Positions 27,301 to 39,300 of a DNA stretch of 64,000 nt are shown here, in pieces; position 1 is the first letter of the stretch, and each line of letters begins with the position of its first letter. This DNA is from Lytechinus pictus (Eukaryota), in assembly GCF_037042905.1 (NCBI RefSeq), contig NC_087252.1, positions 13,084,001 through 13,148,000 of the forward strand. The letters are read 5' to 3'. The notes under the pieces were generated by a model. It searched no databases, was not told the DNA's origin, and was given only the letters and a program-made list of their open reading frames with translations. The translations under genes and the position numbers were made by a program.

Positions 27301-30300
27301 CAAGTCCACCCCAACAAAAAATTGATTTGAATTAAAAGAGAAAAATCCCACAAGCATAACACTGAAAATTTCATCAAAACCGGATGTAAGATAAGAAAGT
27401 TGTGATATTTTAAAGTTTTCGCTTTAAAATTTCACAAAACAGTTATATGCACATCCTAGTTGCTATGCAACTGAGGAGACTGATGATGTCATCCACTTAC
27501 TATTTCTTTTGTATTTTATCATATGAAATATTCTAATTTTCTCATTGTCAAGTGAAACAATGATTAATTCCTCCCTGAACATGTGGAATTAGCATTTTTG
27601 ATACTATTTGGTTCAGTCAATATGGTCCTTATTGTCAAATCTTTCAGAAATGAAATATATAATTCAGACAATAAAGAACAAAAGAAATAGTGAGTGAGGG
27701 ACATCATTGAAGTCTCATTTGCATTTCGCCTAGTTGTGAATATCACTGTTTTGTGAAAAATAAGCGAAACCTTAAAATGTCATAACTTTCTTATTTTACA
27801 TCCGATTTTGATGAAATTTTCAGCATTATGCTAGTTTGATTTTTCTTTATTAATTCAAATCAACACTTTTCTGGGGTGGACTTGACCTTTAATAAAAACT
27901 GTCACATAAATTCTTCATATTTTTCTGTAATTTTTGTATTTTCTTTTTAAACTCACTCGACGTTATATAGTAAACCCCACTTTAAAAATATGAGTATTCA
28001 TATTGCTCAATCGGGACTTAAACGGTTTAACCATTTTCCAAGAAAATGAAACCTGTTACACGCATCCCTGTTTGAACTTCAGGTAAAAATGAAGTTGTGA
28101 TGATCCAGGCGGGAGGCGGAGATGCAGCTCACCAGACACGCCCACAGACGTCCTCTACTGCCTCGGCAGCAGGAACTACCACCTCGGCCATACCAGTCAG
28201 CATTACCCCAGCACAAATGGTGCAAGTAAGTGCATCAACTCCATCGGAAAAAATTGCATGGGGGCTCAGGGTGATTTCGTCCCTGAAATGCTTTAAAGAG
28301 CCATCGAAAATGCTCATTCGCTCAAATGTTGCAGATTTAGAGGCTTGCAAAAGGTTTGATATGAAAAGTAGCCACACCCCCAATAGAATTTCGTTTTCTT
28401 TTTGCCTGGTGTTCAGAGCTCTGTAAAACATATTTATTTTTTAACCCTATCTTATCTGGGCTATTTCGGACCAGTATATACTGGGGGGGGGGGTCAATTT
28501 GACCCCCCCCCCTCAGATCTCGGCCGCTGATTGTGCAATCGCCGCGAAAATTTGCAAGCGCATAGAGCCAGATTTAAACTACAAGAGTCTATAGTAAAAT
28601 TTTCAAATTTTTTGTTTTTAATATTTTTTATTAATTAATTATGCAAATAAGCGTATGAAATTTGCCATAAATTTGTTTTTTGGTTGTATTTGCCTTTAAC
28701 TCAATTTATATAGCTAGTAGAATGCTAATTTTTGGTGGGAGTATCAAATTAATACATTTCTAACAAATATCTACAAAAATAGCAAAAATATGATTAATTT
28801 CTGATGTATTTTATCGTTTTTTTAATTATGTATTTCTTTGTTTTTTCAAACCTTTGTTTTTTATTGTTTTTCCCGATGAACTTTGTCGAGGACCCTTTTG
28901 CGATCATAAATAGCATAAAATAAATCTATTTAAACCAACAAAACTAAAAATAATCATACATTTATGAATTTTGGTTGAAAAACACAATTTGCATTGACTT
29001 TTTACACGGAATCACGTTTTTGAGCAATTTCTGGTCTGACATGCACTTACAAAACGTTGCGTAATTTTGAGACCGCGTACCCGGGCGTCGCAAATTTGGT
29101 CTCAAAAGATGCGTAAGACTTGAAAGTAAAAAGTCAGTGAGCGGCGCAGTAAAAAAAAATTTGTGCGACGGCGTAGTGACAAAATGACCCCCCCCCCCAG
29201 TTTAATAAGGGTTAAGGCCCTGTCACATTGTTCCGTGCAAGCCTTGCGAGTGAGTTGCAGGCAATAACCTGTAACTCGACCGCAACTACAGTTTTGAGCA
29301 TGTTCTAAACTTTTTTGTGTGCAAATTAGACTTGTGTCAGTTTATTTCAGTGTTTAATAAAGGATCGTAACTAGTACACATTAAATATCACATTTGCATG
29401 GTCAGCGCACTCTTGTAATTTTACACAATTAACAGGGGGTGTAAACTCACCAAAGTAGTCCAGTGCCCTGTTGCAGAAAAGCTAAACTTTTCCATCCAAT
29501 GGTAACTTCCCTGAAATCCTTGATTTTGATTGGCTGCTAAGCATTGTTACCATGGTAGTTACCACTGGAAGGCAAAGTTACCGTAATAACTTTTATGCAA
29601 GGGGCCCCAGGTCCTGGCGCTTTACTGCCGAGGCACCACATACAATATAGAACAGAATTCAAGATAAAGAAGATGATAACGTATTATAGCAGAGATAATT
29701 GTGATTAATCTTACATAGTTACAATAAATTCTTGTTTTGTCAAAATTAACTTTGTGCACCCTAAAGTTGCCCCCTAAAATGAAGAATAGCCCCAGATATT
29801 GTCTTGTCTTTAAAAGCTCAAAGTTGAAAAGAGGGTAGGGCTTTAGAATAAATAATCAACTTTTAAAACCTTATGGATAATATTGATTTTGTTCAGGTGG
29901 TGGCTTCTGGTTCATCAGCACAGCCTACATTGGTCCACCCGACTACAGTGATGACTGCGCAGGGTCTAGCAGCACAGGGGTTAGCCGCCCAGGGCCTGGC
30001 AGCCTTCCAGCCCCAGGCTGCCCAGCTCCAAGCCATCGCAGGCCACCTTCAGCAGCCCCAACAGTTTCTGGTCAATGTGAGTAGTGGATACTGTTGATCA
30101 TCGATGCAAATTCTTATACAGGGTTCCCACAGTTATGGAAAATCCCGGAAAAATTTGCGGTCATGGAAGTCAGGGTATTTGTAAAAAATTTGTGAAAAGT
30201 CATGGAAATGCCTTTACCTCTAGGCTATGGCAGCTTTCCAGTTTGCCTTGTCTCGCAACTCTCATACTCTGCGATCATACTCTGCTATTATAATTGGTGT

Positions 30301-33300
30301 TCATGATTTTCATTTTCCCCAGTTTTGTGACATCCCAAATTCTTCATAACTCCTGGGACGTCATGGGAAGTCATGGACAGCAGCAATTTAGTCATGGAAA
30401 AGTCACGGAATACTGTTTTCAAATTTCTGTGGGAACCCTATTATACCCTATATAAAGCAAAAGGTCCTGTCAATAACTGCAGAATCTTTTGAGTAATTGA
30501 TTAATCTTTTTTATTGAATGTATATCCAAGGTGCAATAATCTGGGGAGCATTTCATGAAAGGACTTGTCTGAAAAACATCAATTTTACCTGACAGTTACC
30601 ATAGCAACATTGCTTCTCCGCCAATCAGAAGCAATGAAAGTTGTGAGATCAGGGGTCTGTTGCACAAAGAGTTGCGTTTAAACGCAAGTAAAAAAATCAA
30701 TCGCAAGTCCCAAATGCGTGCTGTTGATTGGTTGATAATCAAGTTGCGCATGATTTTTAGAGTTGCGATTGATTGCAACTCTTTCTGCAATGGGCCCCTG
30801 GGCCCCATCTATGATCGATCCGATCAATCACATCTATGGACAGCCAGCAATGTCAACATTTAAAAATGCAAATTTGTTCACAATATTTTCTAGATATGAT
30901 GTACATTCATACATTTAACATTCTCTTGAAGATTCAGTGTGATTCTCTTTGTTTTTTAGGAGATTGTGCAAATTCCCTGTAGAAAAAAATATGACACTGA
31001 TGGATTTCCAAAGAGTTACAATTGATTGGATCAATCGTAACACAAATATGGTTATTAGATCAATGTAATTTCAGGTAACTTGTTCTTTTTTTTCAATCAT
31101 TTTTTAAAACCAGGGTGAGATATACACAAGTTTCAATGTTTTTTTTTTTTTCATCTGCAAGAGCAGTGCACATTTTAGCTTGCATGCAGCTTGAGCGCCG
31201 TGATGGGCGAGTGCGCCAAGCATTTTAATATGAAATACACTTTTGGGGGGAAAAATACAAAATATTTATCTCACACGGTAAAAATACTGATACTGAAAAT
31301 GCAAAATACAACTTGGCAGCTCTGTATTAGGGATTAACTTTACACTTGGCTCATGTATTCATATTAGAGTGGCAGTGATCTGAGTACGTTGTGCGGTCAC
31401 AAGGTCAAAGGTCATACTACCCACTAATTAACATAAATATCTTCAATTTCTTTTCGTTGACAGCCTGGTGCTGGCCAAGTTCTCCTGCAGACACTACCCT
31501 TTGCACAGGCAGGTGCCACCCCTATCGCACTGGCTAACCTTCAAGGAGCTCAACAGGTAGCACTTGCTACGTCGGCTGCTCAGATGCTCAAGTCTCCTGC
31601 AGTAAGTAACATCAAGGAGCTGTAATGGATGGAGTAACATTAACTCAAGTTTGAACCATGTTCAATACGGGTGAACAGTAGCCGTGCTGCAGACTTGCAG
31701 ACCATTTTCACAGGGACGCTACATTTTTTAAATTCCGTTTTCTATCCAAACATCAAGAGCTTCTATTCTTGCCTCAAGGGCACATGGGTACATTGATATT
31801 CATGGGGTGTATGCAGTCACTTGGCCTTTTGATTTTTCATGTGATTACCCCCCTTTGTTATTAAAAGCAGTAACTAAAATCAAATTTTTTTAAAGTACCA
31901 TGAGTTTGACCATTATTACAACTCAACAACAGCACAGGCAGCATCATCATTGATGGCAGTTACATGTATGACAACCTCTGTGTGATCGCATTGACCTCTC
32001 TCTCTCTCTCTCTCTTTTGACCAAGTAATTCTTGCCTTCTTGATGTCTTAGAACCAGCTCAAGATGGCCACCATGCAGAGTGCAGCCCAGCAGCTCCAAG
32101 CAGCCGCTGCGGCCTCCACCAGCCAGGCCCAGACCTCCCAGACGACTACCGGAACCTCCCAGGCCGTGGCCGCAGCAGCCGCCCAGCTGGCAACGCCTAT
32201 CCAGACCATCACGACGGCATTGACACCGCAGCAGCTTCAGCTCCTGCAACAGCAGCAAGTCCAGGTTATTAGTGTGAGTATTGCGATACTGGTTTGTCAG
32301 GTTCTTGCTCTTGTGAGAAAGAGACATTTATAATTGTAAATGGCTGTTCGTAAAGCATCTTTTTACATGCTATACTGTACTGAGCTGCTGTGAATAAGCT
32401 CCCTGATGGTCAGCTGATGAGGGGGGTTGAGTGATAATTGTAAGAAGCATTTACACAGAACTTATTTTCACCTATCGGTATACTGAACTGTGTTCTTATA
32501 ACAATACAAACTTTTTCAAGCTCTTGTGTGAAAGAGGCTTCAATACATACATTGCCTTGCGTACTGCAGGGCCTTCGCACCAAGTGATATACAGTACTGC
32601 ACTTCACAGTACAAAATGTTATCAGTGTAGTTGTCTGATATCTGTGCTCTGTATGAGGTAGAATCATGCAGATTATGTTATGAGAATGATGTTACTATTA
32701 AGAGAATTTGATTTCAAATTCAACTCGTTATAGACTGCAGCTTGCATCTGTGCTTTAAACATCTTTAAAGGACAAGTCTATCCTAACAAAAAGAGAAAAG
32801 GCCAACAAGCATAACACTGACAATTTCATCAAAATCGGATGTAAAATAAGAAATTTGTGACATTTTAAAGTTTCGCTTAATTTCACAAAGCAGTTGTATG
32901 CACATCCTGGCTGGTATGCAAATGAGGAGACCATGACGTCATCCATTCACTACTTCTTTTATTATATGAAATATGAAATATTCTAATTTTCTCCTCATTT
33001 TCAAGTGATACAACAATTAATTCCTCCCTGAACATGTGGAATTAGCTTTGTTTAATACTAACTATATGGTTCAGTCAAGCTGGTCCTTATTGTCAAATCT
33101 ATAAAAAATGAACTATTGTATATATCAAACAATAAAAATAAAAGAAATAGTGAGTGAAGGACATCATCGACTGACTCACCTAGTTGTGCATATCACTGTT
33201 TTGTGAAAAATAAGTGAAACTTTAAAATTTTCAGCACTATGCTAGTTTGATTTTTCTCTGTTTATTCAAGTCAGCATTTTCCTGGGGTGGACTTGACCTT

Positions 33301-36300
33301 AAAAAAAAGTCTTGAGTACATTCTTTCTGCTGGAATTCTGCTAGGCTTTCCTTGCTCATCCTATTTCAGCTCAGAAATTCAATGGAGAATGGAGGAAAGT
33401 TAGTCTCAAGATTTCCTAGCAGGATTCCTGCTTAAAGTTCCAGCTTGGACTTTTCTCATTACAGATGCCCTTACTTTAACATTAAAGTCATGGTGCAAAT
33501 TAACTACTTCTAATAAGGGTGTGGTTTATACCTTCGCTCAACTGGCAACATATTACTTTATGTCATGCAATATTTATACAAACGAACATGTATTTGTAAT
33601 GCAAATCTTTTGTGTTTACTCATTTACGTGAATATACTCATTATTCCATATTATATTTTACATACTAGATAAAGGGTTATGATATATGTATTACCGGTAT
33701 ATATATTCAGATGTTAACAAAACATAGATTAGAATTTTATAACTGTATTTTTGTATGTGTGTGTCATGGTGGTGTTTGCCTAAGGAAATCGGGTTTGCTT
33801 ATTTATTTAGTGGGATGATTCATGTTATTTTGTATTCATGGTGTTTTCAAATTGCGAGCAAAAATATAAATTGACAAATGTAAATTTTTTAGTTGGTAAT
33901 CTTTTATTTTTTACATTTTGTTCAAATGGACAAATATAATAATTTCTTATATCTACATGTATGTTCTGCTGTTGTATCAAGGAATAACTAAATTTTTGAC
34001 CTCCCTCAAATAATTAAAAAACCCTTGGGTGGGCTTGAAGGTGTAACTTGTGTACCGTATGTCCAAGGAAAATTTTCATGCAGTACATGTTAAGCAATAT
34101 ATCCAGAACATATCAAGGGTTGCTAGTTTTGTCTTCTCACTAAAGAGCAAGCTATATGTAGCTCTTTTTGGTTAAGAGTAGACTAGGACAGTAATTTACA
34201 ATAAATTTGCCTAAGTGAGAGTCGAGAGTATTTACATTTAGCTCTCAATATTCCAGCATTTTATTTCGTGGTAATTGTAATGCATTGCATGGGAAAAGGT
34301 AGCCACTTATTCATCATGTATGCCTTTATTGCCTTTTATCTGTCTATGCTACCAAGCTGCATCATGAATGAATGCTCCCCCAACTCCCAGCATGGTGGCC
34401 CCCCCCCTGCTTCGCTTGTACACCTCCCCTCTCATTCTACCCCGCAGCCTTTCCCCGATCTCACCAAGGTATGGGCAAACCAGCAACAACCGCAGCAACA
34501 ACAACAGCTTCAGCAGCAGCAGCAAAACCAGCAGTTCCAGCAACGAAACCAGCAACAGATGCAGCAACAACAACAGGTACTTCCTCAGCAGGTGCAGCAA
34601 CAGCAGCAAGGCTTGCAACAACAAAAGGTCCCTGTGGATTTCACTCGACTTCTTCCCCCTTTTACATTAACTCTCTGCTCAATTGTTTGGTGTTGACTTT
34701 GTTCATATGTGGTGGATTTGCTTTACTTGTAATCGACACCCTGCATTGTAGGCATAACACATAGTTATTAGTACGTCTGCACACCGTCCAGCACCATTTG
34801 TGGCTACTAACATTATGACCATAGTGCCCCTAACCTACCATTTACATGTACTTATCAGGTGATGGAATGTAAACATGTGTTATGTGTATATCAAGGTTTT
34901 TCTATTAAAGTCTGTGCATTCCTCCTATTACGTGTGCCATTTTGTGTAAACTAGTGCATGCTAATCCTTGTCTCAAAACTGGAGGGCAAATTTCTTTTAT
35001 TATTTTGACATGCATTTATCAATAGCAATAATGCCGAAAGCATTGTCATAATGCTTGTCAAAATACCATCAATAGATAAAATACATACATGTACTTTGCT
35101 CAAGAGCATTTATGCTGTCTTGGGATGGTGCTCGGTACTTTCTTATATCCAACCATCTGCCTTTGAATAATTGAGTATGGATTTGAACAATTGAGTATGG
35201 ATTTGGATTTAGCTTGAAGATCTTTAGGTGTGTCTGAAAGCAACTCTTTCTGTAATAGACTTGTAAAGTGTTCTTGAAAGCTATGTGGAATGTTAATCCA
35301 TACTCTTTAATCTCTGCATCCAATCTCTGTACCTGTAATTTCTTTGTGTCTCATCTCCATTCCTGTGACCATAACCTTGCTTCTCATCATATCAATGTAA
35401 CTAACACTAACATTTGCAGAGAGGTTTGAATATTGGTTTTTTTGTGTGCTTTATTCCTAACATGGGTAGCCTCTCATTTAGGCGAAGGTGGCAGCTATGT
35501 CTTTGTCATTACGCTAAACATAGGTGACAAGTCGATGAGGCGAGACTACAAATTGGGTTTGAACACCCATTGCCTATGCCCTTTCATCTTCCTTTTTATA
35601 GTTGTTGCTTTCTTTTTATCGACCTTGATTTGATGTAGGGGTTTTTTTTTGGACAAAGAAGTGCCACTGGCCTTTAAGTAGTTTAAAAAGAAGACTAGGG
35701 ATATAGGCATTGACTTCTGAAGCGACTGTTTGAAATCTTGCTGCATCAGACGTATCGCTTACATTTCACGTATTCATTCAGACTTGAATTGATAACAAAG
35801 ACAATAGCTGCAGCCTCTGTCTACATGTAGCTTTTAGTCAATAACCTGGCCATCATGTGGATATTAATCCCAAGACAGTTCAGTGGACTTGTAAGTCATA
35901 TGCAAGTCATATATTTTTAATGTCTTGGGTAATGTGTTGCCATGGTAACATCATATTGTGGCAATAAAGCAGTAAGATCTCATGGAGTTTTTCCATCTGT
36001 TGTCCACGAGACATATCACACACGTTTGTCATGGATTGAGAATGTACTGTACAAGACACATTTTTCTTATTCATTTGTGACTGTGTTTCCATGGTAATGG
36101 CATATTATGACAATAAATTGGGATGTTCCTCATATAAGGCTATTGTGATATGGTAGGGGTGGTAATTAGCTTCAGTATTAGAGTTTGTTTTGGTTTGTCA
36201 GTTTGTCCTGACTACCATGCAATAATGTGTATATCAGTTAATGAGCTACATGTACCAGGGAACCTCTTACTTTGAGCCTTCTCTGGGGACTGACTATACA

Positions 36301-39300
36301 GTAGCTCTGTGGTTTGAAGTACTTAGAACCTTTGACCCTAAGATCTTGAATTCACAGCCCTACAAAAATTTTCATGAAATTTTCTCAAGGTGTCTGTATT
36401 AAGTAAAACTAAAGATACAAATGTGTTTAAAAAATCTGTATTAACGATGTCCCAAAATACTATCAGTTTATTGTGTAAAAAAATATTCAAAATCTGTATT
36501 AACGATGTCCCAAAATTTTGATCCATAACTTCTCGTACATGGTTTACCATACTAAAGACTGTAATACATGTACATGTATAACACTTCATAATTGTGTTTA
36601 TTGGATGTGTGATAGTGTGAGAATTCCTTATTAGTGATAGACCATTTTGTGGACAAATAACTTATTCTTCGTCATTGAATGATAATTATCATGTAATCAG
36701 TGTCTATTGTTGGTTTCTCTAGTAAAATATCAGTGGTTAATCATTTTGGGCGTGTACAATGAAACTAAGTGATTGATCGCGGGAATTATATGATTGATTA
36801 TTTCATGTGATCAGTTGTAAAAGAAAAAAAATCTGCCCAGCAATCAATTACTGAGCTTTCTGTTACATGGCCCTGTTCATCGACTAACGTTGATGTGCAT
36901 AATTTCTCCTTATCTGAGTAGCTGATTTTACCAAGCAAGATCTACCGGTATATTTTCAAATTAATTAATGATGAATGATTATTCCAGGGCACATAATATA
37001 CATCGAATATCAGGGACTTAGTGCAGTGCTTAACAAACATTTATCACGAAATGTTTATTTGGTTACGTTTTATAGTCATAAATGCTTAGATAATTCCTGT
37101 AAAGAAGTTTGAGCCAACAGGGAATTATGGACATGTTTTAATGGATGAATGTATTTTAGACTGGAAATTGAATTATCTTGTAATGTGGTTTGCCATTCTC
37201 TCTTTTCTTGTTGATTGTATACAGATTGCGCCACAGCTGCCGGGTCAGCTTCAACAGATCTCTGCTCAAGACCTGCAACAGTTGCAGCAGCTCCAGCAGC
37301 AGAATCCCAACCTGCAACAATATGTCTTCTTGCAAGCTCCTCAGGTAAGGGCTTTCAAAAATATGAGGGGATGAGTGAATGGGTGAGTGAGTGAGTGAGT
37401 TAGTGAGTGAGTGAGTGAGTGAGTGAGTGGGTGGGTGAGTGGATGGGTGAGTGGATGGATGGTTGGGTGATTAAGTGAGTGAATGAGTGAGTGAGTGAGG
37501 GAGTGAGTGAGTTGGTGGGTGGTTGGGTGATTAAGTGAGTGAGTGAGTGAATGAGTAAGTGGGTGGGTGGGTGGGTGAATGAGTGAGTGAGTTAGTGAGT
37601 GAGTCAGTCAGTTAGTGAGTGAGTGGGTGGTTGGGTGGGTGGCAGGGTGAGTTAGTGGGTGGATGGGTGAGTGGGTGGGTGGGTGAGTGAGTGAGTCAGT
37701 CAGTTAGTGAGTGAGTGAGTTGGTGGTTGGGTGGGTGAGTGAGTGGATGTGTGGGTTGGTGAGTGAGTGAGTGAGTGAGTGAGTGAGTGGGTGGGTTGGT
37801 GAGTGAGTGATTGAGAGAGTGAGTAATAAATTTGCATCTCATTTGTTGCCTTCTGGGATAGGGGAGGGGGTACCATGTCGTTGGAGCTCTCTAAAATTTC
37901 TGAATAGTACGATATCCCCGAAGCTAATTGATATGTTTTGGCTGTATAGTGTATATTTAGATTAGTTTCACAATCTCTTTTTATAAGTCCATGTCGAAAG
38001 GTGGCAAGCTTGACATCCTACCTTCATTAGAGACCTCAAGTTTTTTTCATGTAAACAGAAGTGATCAAATAACATGTTGGAGCCATTTCTTAAAATGCAA
38101 CTTCCCCATAAAACATTCTGGGGAGCCCTCCATGTTAGGGCATCGTTGTACTTTTTGTGTCATAATTATTTACCTGTTTGAAGTGAATAGGGTCAGTGCC
38201 AGGTTTAAGTACAGGGACCCATTCTATTAAAAACTTAAAATGATTGCAACTTTGCCATCATGGTAGCTACCATGGTAACAGGGCTCAGCAGCCAATCAAA
38301 ATCAAGGTATGCCTGGTAGTGACCATAATGGCAAAGTTACCACAATTGTACGTCAATATGGAATGAGGCCCAGGGCTTTCTAGAGTTTAGCTATCTGTCT
38401 GAAGATATAGTTTGATATGCATGACCACACCGTATATATATATATATTTACATGCATGATTGATTTCCTAAACCTAGATTAAGATCTCATTTTTTATTTA
38501 TAAGTAGGCCTAATCCATGATTATCTGTTTGATTTGGAACTGTGTAGTAGCAGTAGAAAAACAAAAGTAATGCAATTAATTATCATATTTTGAAATTTGG
38601 AATGAACAAGTGCAGGTAATAATTTTGCTTTAAATCAAATTTGAATAGCATTTTTGGTTATAAGAGAAAAGCTCTCAACTAAGTAGGCCTACTGTATAGT
38701 CCTATGTAAAAATATGCTATACAAAAGACTTTATATATAGCAGAGTTTCAAAAATGTGGAGCAAATTGCGATGCGATACCAGGAAAACTATTCCCTGAAG
38801 TACTGAGTACAGAGCATAAAAAGTATAAAGAAAAATGTCTGTCAAAAGCATGCCACAGTGCCAATACATGTACATGTAGTGAATCTTGAAAGGGTTTAAA
38901 TAGCTAATGGCATATTTGGTTATAATCACAAATACATGCATCAGCAATATTTCCCCAGGAATGATTTAAAGTACATTGAATAATTTGTTAATAGTGTTTT
39001 TCGACTATAGTAATGGTTAAGATTTGTTTTTTCCACATCAAAGTACACGTTGATGCTCATTTCAGATAATAGGAATTATGTTTGGAACTCAATTGGGATT
39101 TCATGTTATCAACAAAACAAATATAAATCATGAAAATAATGACTAAAATGTAAATTGGCAAACTAACCTGACAGTGTGATTATTATCAGAAATCAACAGT
39201 GACCAATATTTGCCATCTCCTTGATAAACTGTCATTATTATTTTTTGGGGGGGTGCTGGAATTGAATATGAGTTCCATTATTTGTCAGTTTAATATCCAA

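Noticed and set aside
35400..35425. Microexon after tandem CTAAC branch-like motifs (tttgcag|AGAG|gtttga)
   Set aside because: A 4-nt exon would break the frame and the donor is weak; no supporting evidence.
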